This document shows, piece after piece, positions 19,431-29,313 of a stretch of DNA of 64,000 bases. The translations under genes were made by a program, and so were the position numbers. The DNA comes from Firmicutes bacterium CAG:345 (GTDB lineage Bacteria > Bacillota_I > Bacilli_A > RFN20 > CAG-288). The notes under the pieces are model-generated. The model made no database searches. It saw only the letters and a list, made by a program, of their open reading frames with translations, and was not told the DNA's origin. Position 1 is the first letter of the stretch. Each line of letters begins with the position of its first letter. The DNA is taken from NCBI GenBank assembly GCA_000433315.1, contig FR893385.1:29667-93666 (forward strand). The letters are read 5' to 3'.

Positions 19431-19670
19431 AATAGTAGAATAGGTCTGATACAATGCTATCAGGCTTTTTTGTTGCAAAAATATCAGAATTTACGTTTAA
19501 AACGCGATATTTTGCTTTAAAAATAGAATTTTATTAGTTTGACAGGCTGTTGGTAGGCTTCGTTTAGAGGTTCTATTAGTAGCTTTTTATTTTGCTTTTG
19601 CACGATTTAAACTCAAGGGTGCTAAAATTCTACACGATTTAACACAATTTGAAATTTGAGATAATATAGC
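19431..19670. repeat. ~240-bp repeat copy 1, starting with a rho-independent terminator hairpin (CTGATAcaatgcTATCAG plus T run)
   Basis: 85-90% identical to 31829..32075; contains the motif GGGTGCTAAAATTCTACACGATTT. Confidence 0.7.
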
Positions 19671-19863
19671 TTTGACGTTATTCCACAATTTGCTTGTAAT
19701 TTTCTAAAACTTGTAATTTTCTGAAAAAAGTGCTATAAGTTTTATGTAATTTAATACTATATTTATAAGGCTTATATTTTGCTAACAATAGTGAAAAACA
19801 ATGGTTAATTGAATATCTAAAAACTATTGCATAAAAATACTGACAAATGGAGGTTGAAAGAAT

Positions 19864-20487
19864 ATGTTAAGAAATAAATTGTCAATTATTGGTTACACAG
19901 TACTTTTATCGATAACTTGTGTTAGTTTAGTTGCATGTGGTAATATTGACGACAGTGGTGAAAACAAAAATCCTGTTCACGATACTTCAAAATGGTTTAC
20001 AGAAGAAGAATTGTCGTTAAAAGGGCTTACTGGTTTGACTGCACCGACTGGATTGTCAGGAGAGATGCAATCAAGCGATGCATGGTATAACGGCGGATAC
20101 TCATTTTCACAAGTCTGTCCGAATGAAGATACATTTATGACGAATGCAGAAACATATTTTTCGTATTTTAAAACAAATTATAATGGAATGTTCGGCAAAC
20201 CAAAACTTGAAAAGTTTAGTATGGATACAAACGAAAATTGGTATATTATAGAGCAAAAGAATGATTTGTCTGACTATTTCGATAATAATCCTAGTAATTT
20301 GTACGAGTTCTATTATGTAAGGGATAACACTTTAGATAATGGCTATTTTACAAGAGGCTCGGTTTGGATTTTTGAAATTAGATATGAATTTGATACTAAT
20401 TCTAATGAATATAAATTTAAACTATTTATTGAAAGTGCTGATTCTTCTCGAAATGGAATTTATACAAATTATTACAAAATGAGATGA
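19864..20487 (+). CDS. lipoprotein, hypothetical
   Basis: Signal peptide with lipobox LVAC-G; GGAGGT RBS. Confidence 0.55.
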   Translation: MLRNKLSIIGYTVLLSITCVSLVACGNIDDSGENKNPVHDTSKWFTEEELSLKGLTGLTAPTGLSGEMQSSDAWYNGGYSFSQVCPNEDTFMTNAETYFSYFKTNYNGMFGKPKLEKFSMDTNENWYIIEQKNDLSDYFDNNPSNLYEFYYVRDNTLDNGYFTRGSVWIFEIRYEFDTNSNEYKFKLFIESADSSRNGIYTNYYKMR

Positions 20488-20994
20488 AGTCAATATATAT
20501 AATTGATTGGAGAATAGATGTTAGCAAAACAACACAATGTTCCGTAAAATCGCAACGAAATCAACAATTCCTATTTCATATATTTTTTAACAGTAGCTTT
20601 GATGAACATACGAGTAAATTGATGTGATATATGTGACAAGGTAGTAAATTTAGTAATAGTTCAAAAGAAAATCTTTGAAATTTAATTTGAGTTGGCTTAT
20701 TTTATGTGCTTAAATATCTATAAATGTTAAATTGAAGAGTTAGTGATAGTTATGTTACATATTGTGCTATATTAAGAAACGATATTCAAAAATACTGTTG
20801 CTAAAATTTTCATAATTACAAGAGTAGTGCTAGCATTGATACTATGCTATCAACTCTTACATAAGAATGCATTAGTTTGATACAGTAAAATGTGTCGAAC
20901 TTTTTTATTTTTACGAGAGTTTGATTCTTACTATAGTTTCGAACTCGCAAACTTTGATACATAAAATATTATATTTTTTCATTTTATTAAACAT

Positions 20995-21525
20995 TTATGT
21001 CTTACTCAAATTTATAAATTGATATTTTATAATTAGCTTTTTTTGATATTTTAATGCTACTCCTGTTCCACCACATGAACCTAATTCATTATTGACCGGA
21101 ATCATAAAGGAAAAAGCAAGTGCAATATACCCTTCATCTTTATTAAAAACTTTGGATGGTATTTTAATATCTTCATAACTATTATAAGAAATATAATAAT
21201 TATGCCATTTTTTCTTTTTTGTAAATACATAATTATCATTTGCTATACTATCATAATCATATTGCTTAAGAAGTATGGATGATTGTTCATAAGAAACATA
21301 ATGACTGTCTTCGTTTAAGAAAACAAATACTTGAGTATCATTATTGCATGCAATATAGTCAGAACTCATATACCAAAGACCTAAATATAATTTTATGGTT
21401 ATGTCTTCTATATCATATTCGTTTTGTAACTCGCAGTCCAAATAATAAGGTTGTTCTGATTTATGAATAAACGCATTATTTGAAGGTGTACATCCACATA
21501 AAACTAATAATAACATTAAAAACAT
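20995..21525 (-). CDS. lipoprotein, hypothetical
   Basis: Signal peptide with lipobox LCGC. Confidence 0.5.
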   Translation of the reverse strand: MFLMLLLVLCGCTPSNNAFIHKSEQPYYLDCELQNEYDIEDITIKLYLGLWYMSSDYIACNNDTQVFVFLNEDSHYVSYEQSSILLKQYDYDSIANDNYVFTKKKKWHNYYISYNSYEDIKIPSKVFNKDEGYIALAFSFMIPVNNELGSCGGTGVALKYQKKLIIKYQFINLSKT

Positions 21526-21872
21526 AAAATTTTTTTCATAATAGATAATCTCCTTTTAAATTATTATTCTAAATGAATGGCGTCTATACTCAAAATCAAT
21601 ATACAAAAAATTTGATATAAAACCGATGAATATTTAAAATCATATGTACTCATCTTCCTTTTAGCTATTTTTATAATAAAATTCCTTAATAATTTTTAAG
21701 AAAATTACCTTTTATATGATACTTAAATAGATTTTATTATCAATTTGCTACCCAATAAAAATATTCTTTCGCTTTTTCTCTTTCAGCGGGACATCGTGAG
21801 CAAAATCGTGTTGTATCTATTGATTTAAAGAAATTAACTATATGTCAGCTTTCTAGTTCTCCTTCTAATGAA

Positions 21873-22259
21873 TTGTTTATTAAAGATATTTTTGTCAAAA
21901 CAAAATACAAAATAGTATACGAAAAAAATATGGATGATTATCTTCTTTGTCATGCTGCTTTCGTTATTCCAGTAGCATTTGCTTGCTATAAAACAAATGG
22001 TAACCTCAATAAAATTAAAAGAAATAATGCTTATCTAAATAAAATTATCGATGCCAATATAGAAGCATATAGAATTATAAGTAATGCTGGTCATGAAATA
22101 TTACCTGATGATGATAAAGACTTTGAAAGCAAAAAATATAGAAAAACTTGCTTTAAAATTTTTAAATTGATGTGTGGAACTAGTCTTGGAAAAATTTGTG
22201 CTTCTGATCATGCGATAAATGCTACTGATGAAATGAGTGCATTAAATGAAGATTTTTAA
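21873..22259 (+). CDS. hypothetical protein, possibly a gene fragment
   Basis: 128 aa, no clear RBS. Confidence 0.25.
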   Translation: MFIKDIFVKTKYKIVYEKNMDDYLLCHAAFVIPVAFACYKTNGNLNKIKRNNAYLNKIIDANIEAYRIISNAGHEILPDDDKDFESKKYRKTCFKIFKLMCGTSLGKICASDHAINATDEMSALNEDF

Positions 22260-22425
22260 AAATTTTTTGATGAAAATAATGCAGCTTATCCTACATGGAT
22301 TGAATTAGAAAATGACTATAAGAATTATTTAAAAAGACTATTTTAAAAACAATTATCGAAGACTTATTTCTCAGTGTACTTTTTTTCTAATTTGTGCTAT
22401 AGGAATTAGAAAAAGCGCCATTGGT

Positions 22426-22827
22426 ATGGTTCATCTTTATAGCCAAAAAGTACAAAATTGCTGTGTTGAATTAGGATTGATAACTCATAATAAAATTAAG
22501 CGCTATTCTATTTTATTTAAAATTATTTGCATTCCTGGATATATTATATATGTTTTACTCAGCGCATATTTGATAAATGGTTTCAAAAGATTTCTTAAAG
22601 GTTTTTGGCAACTTCTTGTTATTCTATCAATCATTAATTTATTTGATCAATTATTAATTGATAATTTTTGGGTTGGTTATACTAATGCTTGGATAATACC
22701 TGGAACAGAAAACTTAAAACAATATATCACTAAAAAAGATAAATGTAAAAAATGGCTTTTTGGCACAGTTGGTATGGTAATAATATCAGCTATATTATCA
22801 GGATTAATGACAATTTTTATCAATTAA
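22426..22827 (+). CDS. hypothetical membrane protein
   Basis: 133 aa, 3-4 predicted TM helices. Confidence 0.4.
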   Translation: MVHLYSQKVQNCCVELGLITHNKIKRYSILFKIICIPGYIIYVLLSAYLINGFKRFLKGFWQLLVILSIINLFDQLLIDNFWVGYTNAWIIPGTENLKQYITKKDKCKKWLFGTVGMVIISAILSGLMTIFIN

Positions 22828-22939
22828 AATGTCTCAATACAACCATTTCAATATAAAACTAATTAATAAATCATATTATCATTCATTTTAAAATTACAAA
22901 CTATTGCTTTTATTGCTTTAAAGTGTTATTCTTTAAAAG

Positions 22940-23066
22940 CAACTTAAGGGAGTAGTTGACTCATTGAGTGATTGACCTACAAACCGGTCATAAAAACCAG
23001 GTTAATCTTAATTAACGAGACTTATGTTAGCTATTTTTAGAGGCTAACTATAGGGTCTCGTTTTAT
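22940..23066 (+). promoter_or_regulatory. yybP-ykoY (manganese) riboswitch with terminator-type expression platform
   Basis: AAGGGAGUAG 5' motif; CGAGAC...GGTCTCG stem followed by TTTT; immediately upstream of an MntP-family gene. Confidence 0.55.
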
Positions 23067-23067
23067 T

Positions 23068-23748
23068 ATGGGGGATAAACAAAATACTATGGATACTCTA
23101 ATTTGGGTTTTAACTGCTATTGGATTAGGAGCAGGGCTTGCTATGGATGCTTGTGCAGTATCCATGAGTAATGGATTAGCTAATCCAAAAATGAAACTTG
23201 ATAAAATATTTACCATCGCTGGATTTTTTGGCGTATTCCAAATAATTATGCCAATTTTCGGTTATTTAGCTGTCACTGTTTTAAGCGCTGCTTTAGGAGA
23301 AAAATTTACTACAATTTTCAGTTATTTAGTACCATGGATTGCTTTAATCTTACTTTTGATTTTAGGAATTAAAATGTTAATTGAAGGTATTAAAGAAGGC
23401 AAAAATAATAAAAAGGAAAAAGATAATACAGAAGAAACCGTAAAAAATTTGACTATCAGAGGACTTTTTATTCAAGCAATAGCTACATCAATTGATGCAT
23501 TAAGTGTCGGTGTTATTTATGGAAATGTTGTTCCTTTAGAAGCCTACTTAACATTCTTAATCGTTGGTATAGTTACTTTTGGAATCAGTGTTGCCGCAGT
23601 CTTCATCGGAAAAAAATTCGGAACTATATTTTCTAACAAAGCAACTATAGCTGGTGGAATCATTCTTTGTGCAATTGGCTTAGAAATTTTCTTTACTCAT
23701 TGGAATGATGTTGTCGCTGGAATTAATGCTATTTTTAATTTATTTTAA
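23068..23748 (+). CDS. mntP: manganese efflux pump MntP family (DUF204)
   Basis: 226 aa; LAMDACAVSMSNGL motif; two-fold repeat membrane topology. Confidence 0.75.
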   Translation: MGDKQNTMDTLIWVLTAIGLGAGLAMDACAVSMSNGLANPKMKLDKIFTIAGFFGVFQIIMPIFGYLAVTVLSAALGEKFTTIFSYLVPWIALILLLILGIKMLIEGIKEGKNNKKEKDNTEETVKNLTIRGLFIQAIATSIDALSVGVIYGNVVPLEAYLTFLIVGIVTFGISVAAVFIGKKFGTIFSNKATIAGGIILCAIGLEIFFTHWNDVVAGINAIFNLF

Positions 23749-23771
23749 TGTTTTAAGGAGTAGTAAATAAA

Positions 23772-24842
23772 ATGATTCTTACTTTTGTTGATTCTTGTCC
23801 AATTTATCTTCAATCAATTGCCTTTGTAGTAGGTTTAATTGTCGGTACTATTTGTTTAGTCAAGTTCTGCGATATTTTTGTTGATTCGGCAAGTACAATT
23901 GCCAAAAAACTTCATATATCTGAATTAATTATCGGTTTAACTGTTGTTGCTATCGGTACAAGTTGTCCTGAACTAGCTGTTTCAGTATCCGATTCTATAT
24001 CATCACTATTAGAAAATAGCAATGCCAACGTTGCAATAGGCAATGTCATAGGAAGCAATATTTGTAACTTACTTCTAGTATTAGGATTTTCTGCTGTATT
24101 TACTCCGATTGTTGTAAAAAAATCTGTTTGCAAACGTGAATATCCATTTTTATTAATAATATCAGCTCTTCTAGTCTTATTTGTAATCTTATTCGGAACA
24201 GGATCTTCTATAACTGGTAATTATGCAATATTAAGATGGGAAGCTATAATTCTTGTTGTTCTTATGTTTGTTTATATTTGGTTCTTAATACACAATGCAA
24301 AAAAACATCCAGATGAACAATTAAATACTGAAGAAGAAAAACTTACAGAAGAAAAAGAGAAAGATATGAAATTATGGAAGGCTATAATTTTAGTTATAGT
24401 CGGAGCAGCTGGAATTGTCTTTGGAGGAGAAGCTGTTGTCTTTGGTGCCAAAGGATTAGCTTTACAAGTTTCTGATGCTGCTCACTTAGACCATGATTTA
24501 GCAGAATCTTTAGTTGGATTAACAATTGTGGCAGTAGGAACTTCTTTACCTGAATTAGTAACAAGTGTTGTTGCAGCTAAAAAAGGACAAAATGAATTAG
24601 CCTTAGGAAATGTCATCGGTTCTAATATTTTCAACATTTTATTCGTTTTAGGAATCGCTGGTACAGTTAATCCTTTAACCACTGGTTCTCAAGTTATTAT
24701 CGACGCCGTCGTTATGATGGTTGCAACAATTGTTGTTTTCATTTTTGCCCTAACTGGAAAAATTAAACGTTCTGGTGGTATTGCATTGCTATGTATCTAT
24801 GGTGCTTACTTAGCATATCTAATTGTTCGTACAATAATGTAA
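23772..24842 (+). CDS. CaCA family sodium/calcium exchanger (YrbG-like)
   Basis: Two alpha-repeats GNVIGSNI.N; GTSCPELAVS / GTSLPELVTS. Confidence 0.8.
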   Translation: MILTFVDSCPIYLQSIAFVVGLIVGTICLVKFCDIFVDSASTIAKKLHISELIIGLTVVAIGTSCPELAVSVSDSISSLLENSNANVAIGNVIGSNICNLLLVLGFSAVFTPIVVKKSVCKREYPFLLIISALLVLFVILFGTGSSITGNYAILRWEAIILVVLMFVYIWFLIHNAKKHPDEQLNTEEEKLTEEKEKDMKLWKAIILVIVGAAGIVFGGEAVVFGAKGLALQVSDAAHLDHDLAESLVGLTIVAVGTSLPELVTSVVAAKKGQNELALGNVIGSNIFNILFVLGIAGTVNPLTTGSQVIIDAVVMMVATIVVFIFALTGKIKRSGGIALLCIYGAYLAYLIVRTIM

Positions 24843-25100
24843 ATTAAAAGGAAAATAATACTTTTTAAATTTATTATTTTCCTTTTTTGTATGAATAAAA
24901 TTAAATTTTTCCGAATAATTTTGTCCTTCTTCTACCGCTTCTTTATAAAGAGAATGTATTTTTCTAACATTTTCAACAAACATCTTCCCCGCTGGGGTTA
25001 AAGAAATACTTTTTTGTGTTCTATCAAAAATTTTAAATCTAATTTCTTCTTCTATCACTTGAATTTGATAACTTAAAGAAGGTTGAGAAATGTATAACAT
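24819..25100 (-). pseudogene. LysR-family regulator fragment (about 93 of ~300 aa)
   Basis: LYISQPSLSYQIQVIEEEIRFKIFDRTQKSISLT is the second half of a LysR HTH; truncated at both ends. Confidence 0.5.
24849..24891. terminator. bidirectional terminator
   Basis: AAAGGAAAATAATA...TATTATTTTCCTTTTTT. Confidence 0.55.
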
Positions 25101-25154
25101 ATCAATAAAATTTTCTTGTCAAATTATTATATATTAATACTAGAGGAGGTAAAT

Positions 25155-25292
25155 ATGAAATCATTAATAGTTTATTTTTCTAGAAGAGGAGAAAACTATG
25201 CAGTAGGAAATATTAAAGAAGGCAATGCCAAACAAGCAAAGACAATTATGAATGCTATTTGGGATGGCTATGAATTAGCAAATAACTTATAA
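25155..25292 (+). pseudogene. flavodoxin N-terminal fragment (45 aa)
   Basis: MKSLIVYFSRRGENYAVGNIKEGN matches the flavodoxin_4 N-terminus then stops; good RBS GAGGAGGT. Confidence 0.45.
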
Positions 25293-25421
25293 CTTAATTA
25301 ATCTTATTTTCATTATTAAGAGGTATTTTTTCCTCTTAATTTTTTTAGGTAAAAATATACTCATATATTTTTATGATATATTAATTAAAGGTAAATATTT
25401 TTTTACAAATATAGGTATATT

Positions 25422-25933
25422 ATGAAGAATAAAATAAATAAAAATACTATTCCCAATGACTTTTCTATAAAGCTAGTCTTAATCGATGCATTTCCCGTTT
25501 TATTCTTTGGACTTTCGGGAATATTTTTAGGGTTAATTTTAAATAATTTTTTATTTTATATTGGAGCAACAATATGCATGTTATCTGGAATATTAAAGGT
25601 TTTATGGAAATTTATAGTTGCTAAAAAAAGAAAAATATCTGGCCATTATTTTTGCAGATGAGAATTGCAACACCAATTGGTTTTGTTATTACTTTAATAT
25701 CTATTATATTATCTGGAATTCAAAGAACTCTTTCTCCGCTAATTAATTTTCTTTTGTATCCTTTACCGCTGACTTTCTTTATTATTGGCTTAATTAGTCT
25801 TTTATCAATGATAATATTTACTTTTGTCTTAGATTCTTCAAATGCTAAATCAAATTGGATTAATCAAATATGCAATAGCCTTTGTCAATTATCTTTCTTT
25901 ATTTCTTTTCTAATCATCTTTTTAATGTACTAG
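25422..25933 (+). pseudogene. membrane protein disrupted by a frameshift near 25652
   Basis: Two overlapping ORFs (79 and 93 aa) in different frames, both hydrophobic. Confidence 0.35.
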
Positions 25934-25965
25934 ATTTTAAAAAAAGTACATACTATACTATTCAT

Positions 25966-26394
25966 ATGAAAGAAAACTTGGAAAATAATTTAAATATAAC
26001 AATATCATTTGATAATAAATATAACGGAAATAAAAAAGATAGAATACGATATAAAACATCAAATTTCTCATTAGTCTTTATAGGAGGATTAATTATTTTT
26101 TGTGCTGGAATTTACCTAATGTTTTTCCATTTTCGTCCTAGACCAATTGGAATTCAAAAATATGAAGCAATATTTATATTTGTTTTAGGTATAGTATTAA
26201 TAATAGCATCTCCTTTTGCTTTCATTTTTTCAAAGATGAATGCCAAATTTGATGGGGAAATTATGTTTAACATAAAAAAAGATGAATCTAATCCTGATTA
26301 TCAATTAAATGTTACTGGATATAAAAAAGAAAAATTATGCAAAGAAACTTGTATTATAAATTCAATCGAAGCAAAAAAACTTTCTACGAAATAA
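25966..26394 (+). CDS. hypothetical membrane protein
   Basis: Likely start MKENLENN; two TM helices. Confidence 0.35.
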   Translation: MKENLENNLNITISFDNKYNGNKKDRIRYKTSNFSLVFIGGLIIFCAGIYLMFFHFRPRPIGIQKYEAIFIFVLGIVLIIASPFAFIFSKMNAKFDGEIMFNIKKDESNPDYQLNVTGYKKEKLCKETCIINSIEAKKLSTK

Positions 26395-26527
26395 ATACTA
26401 GAAAAGGGAAGAATTATATTATTCCTTTTTCTCAAATTTCTGAAGATAATAAAAACAAATTATCTGAAATAGCTGCTCTTTTAAAAGAACATAACACAAT
26501 TAAGAATTAAATATTTTGGAGAAAGTA

Positions 26528-26953
26528 ATGAAAAATATTTTAGCCATGGATTTAGGGAAAACAACGCTGGGACTAGCTATATCTAGATCAGGAATTCTTG
26601 TTACTCCTTTAACTAATATCAAGTTTCCTGCAGAAGATTATGATGAATGTATAAAACTTTTACTTGACACAATTAAATTTGAAAAAATAGAGCATATCGT
26701 AATTGGACTTCCTTTATTTCCTAGCGGAGATCCTTGTGAAATGACTCCTGTTGTTGAAGAATTTATAAAAAAGATAACTCCTTTATTTCCTAATATAGAT
26801 ATCAACAAAGTTGATGAAAGAAATTCTACCGTAGAAGCTGCTGAAATGCTTCATTTAAATAATAGAAAAGCAAAAAATCAAAAGTCTATTATTGATAGTG
26901 CCGCGGCCATGATAATTCTCGAGCGATTTTTAAAACAAATTGGGCAATATTAA
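26528..26953 (+). CDS. ruvX: Holliday-junction-resolvase-like protein RuvX/YqgF
   Basis: MKNILAMDLGKTTLGLAISR N-terminus typical of YqgF. Confidence 0.85.
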   Translation: MKNILAMDLGKTTLGLAISRSGILVTPLTNIKFPAEDYDECIKLLLDTIKFEKIEHIVIGLPLFPSGDPCEMTPVVEEFIKKITPLFPNIDINKVDERNSTVEAAEMLHLNNRKAKNQKSIIDSAAAMIILERFLKQIGQY

Positions 26954-26978
26954 GCTTGGATATCCAAGCTTTTTTTAT
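26951..26978 (+). terminator. rho-independent terminator
   Basis: AAGCTTGGATATCCAAGCTT perfect palindrome plus TTTTTTT. Confidence 0.7.
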
Positions 26979-27132
26979 TTTAAATATATTATTTAACTTT
27001 ATGAAAAAAATTAATATTTATTTAATAAAGTTTAATAATTATTTTTTAATTTATTTTCAAATAAACTATTGAATTTTATTAAAATATTATCTATATTTTA
27101 GATGTTACAATAAAAAGGAAGTAAGAATTACT

Positions 27133-27720
27133 ATGTTAGAAGAGAATGAATTATATGACAAAGCTTTGAAAATTGCTAATGGTGAAATAAAATATAAAGA
27201 AACTATTCCATATTCATATAAATCAGGAAGCACATTTTTTATCGAAGGGATAAAAAGTGCTTCTCGAGAAATAGAGTATTTAAACTCAAGGTTTCCTTTT
27301 TGTATTACCAGAGATGGTATTGCTGCTTTTGAGCCTGATATACGTTTTTTAATAGTAAATACCGATGAAATTAGTACTGATATTCTCGAAGATTCTTCTA
27401 TTATTGGTTTATTTATCATGCCAAAAGTAAAAAAAATAATAGGTGAAGAAATTTATTTCAAAGTAAAGTATTTATGGGTGCATAATGATAATCAGTTTTT
27501 TGCAACAATAAATAACGCTCTCTTCAATAAAGATATTACTGAATTATTATTTTATTCTCATTTAAATGATTCAACAGCTTTTAAAATTCCAGAATCAGTT
27601 ATTAAAATTAATAAATTTGCTTTCAAAGGTGTAAAACATCTTCGTACTCTTTATGTACCAAATAATATTTCACTTGATGATATCGATATTACTCCTTCAG
27701 TTAACATCATACGCTATTAA
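27133..27720 (+). CDS. BspA-type leucine-rich repeat (LRR_5) protein
   Basis: FKIPESVIKINKFAFKGVKHLRTLYVPNNISL repeat signature; GGAAG RBS. Confidence 0.55.
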   Translation: MLEENELYDKALKIANGEIKYKETIPYSYKSGSTFFIEGIKSASREIEYLNSRFPFCITRDGIAAFEPDIRFLIVNTDEISTDILEDSSIIGLFIMPKVKKIIGEEIYFKVKYLWVHNDNQFFATINNALFNKDITELLFYSHLNDSTAFKIPESVIKINKFAFKGVKHLRTLYVPNNISLDDIDITPSVNIIRY

Positions 27721-27774
27721 ATAATTTGACAAAAAAATATTTATATGATACATTCAAAGAAGTTTGATTATCAA

Positions 27775-27880
27775 ACTATCTAATTTGTTCATCGGAGGAC
27801 ACTAGATCGCAATCTAGTTTGTCGATAAGATGTCGAGTGCGCTCGGTTATATTGAAAAATATAACCTTTTTTGTTTGTTG
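27775..27880 (+). promoter_or_regulatory. structured leader upstream of the MATE transporter (candidate attenuator or riboswitch)
   Basis: Hairpins ACTAGATcgcaATCTAGT and CGAGtgcgCTCG; terminator-like GGTTATATTgaaaaATATAACC plus TTTTTTG just before the RBS GGAGGAG. Confidence 0.4.
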
Positions 27881-27900
27881 TATAGAAGGAGGAGCTGTTT

Positions 27901-29238
27901 ATGAAGAAAATTGATCTATCTGAACATTTTACTTTTAAAAAACTTTTACTTTTTAGTATCCCATCTATTTTTATGATGATTATTTCATGCATCTATGGAA
28001 TAGTTGATGGATTATTTATCACCAATATTATAGGTGACGATGCCTTTACAGGAATTAATTTAATCATGCCTGTTGTTATGATTGTCGGTACAATTGGTAC
28101 TATGTTCGGTACAGGTGGAGGAGCTTTAATTTCAAAATTCTTAGGAGAAGGAGATAAAGAGAAGGCTAACAGATTGCTTTCAACTTTCTCAATATTCATA
28201 TTTATATTAACAGCTATAATAGGATTTATTTTACTTATTCTTATTGAACCTATTTCTTACGCAATTGGCGCTGATGAAAGCACTATTCAATATTGTGTAC
28301 CATATGGAAGAATTTTGTTAGCCTTTATGCCTTTTTACGCTTTACAACTCGCTTATCAAAATCTAATAATTGTTGCAGGTAAGCCTCATTTTGGATTAAT
28401 CATTACAATTATTGCTGGTCTTGTTAACGGATTATTTGATTTTTTGTTCATCTATGTTTTTAATTTCGGAGTTCAAGGAGCTGCGTTTGCAACTATTTTA
28501 TCCCAAGTCTTTGGAGCAATTATTCCACTTGTTTATTTCTTTAGAAAAAAAACTAGCAGTTTAATCCATTTTGAAAAACCTATCTTAAATTTTAAAGATA
28601 TTGGCAAAGCTGCTTATAATGGCTCAAGTGAAATGGCATCTAACGTTTCTATGTCCTTAATTAATATGCTATATAACATTCAACTTTTGCAAATATTTGG
28701 AAAAGGTGGTGTTAGTGCATATGGAACAATCATGTATGTTGGGTTTATTTTTATTGGAACTTTCTTCGGATTTTCAATGAGTGTTGTACCTATAATGGGA
28801 TATAACCTGGGAGCTAAACGTACTGATGAATTACATAACGTTTTTAAAAAGAGCTTAATTATTATCACTACTTTTTCATTAGTACTCACAATGCTAGCTG
28901 AAGCCTTATCATATCCATTAGCATTTATTTTCTTTTCCAAAAATCAAGAACTTTTAGATCTCACCACAATAGCAATAAGAATTTACGCTTTATCCTATTT
29001 ATTAAGTGGATTTAATATCTTTGGTTCATCAATGTTCACAGGTTTAAATAATGGGTTTGTATCAGCCTTAATTTCTTTTTCAAGAACATTAATATTCCAA
29101 GTAGTAATGATTTTCATAATTTCTTTAATATTTGGGCCTTATGGAATTTGGGCTGCAATGTTATTTGCCGAATTCTTTTCATTAATTGTCACAGTAGTAT
29201 CAATTATTGTTAATCACAAACGATATGGATATTACTAA
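27901..29238 (+). CDS. MATE family efflux transporter
   Basis: 445 aa, 12 TM helices, typical MATE N-terminus. Confidence 0.85.
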   Translation: MKKIDLSEHFTFKKLLLFSIPSIFMMIISCIYGIVDGLFITNIIGDDAFTGINLIMPVVMIVGTIGTMFGTGGGALISKFLGEGDKEKANRLLSTFSIFIFILTAIIGFILLILIEPISYAIGADESTIQYCVPYGRILLAFMPFYALQLAYQNLIIVAGKPHFGLIITIIAGLVNGLFDFLFIYVFNFGVQGAAFATILSQVFGAIIPLVYFFRKKTSSLIHFEKPILNFKDIGKAAYNGSSEMASNVSMSLINMLYNIQLLQIFGKGGVSAYGTIMYVGFIFIGTFFGFSMSVVPIMGYNLGAKRTDELHNVFKKSLIIITTFSLVLTMLAEALSYPLAFIFFSKNQELLDLTTIAIRIYALSYLLSGFNIFGSSMFTGLNNGFVSALISFSRTLIFQVVMIFIISLIFGPYGIWAAMLFAEFFSLIVTVVSIIVNHKRYGYY

Positions 29239-29263
29239 TTATTAAAAAAACTACATATATAAA

Positions 29264-29311
29264 AAGCCATATTTAATACAATTTTTTCAAAAGAAATAAA
29301 TATGGCTTTTT
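29264..29311. terminator. bidirectional terminator
   Basis: AAAAAGCCATATTTA...TAAATATGGCTTTTTT long stem. Confidence 0.6.
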
Positions 29312-29313
29312 TA

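Noticed and set aside
27105-27419. 104-aa minus-strand ORF
   Set aside because: It overlaps the plus-strand LRR gene, which has a good RBS and a recognisable repeat signature.
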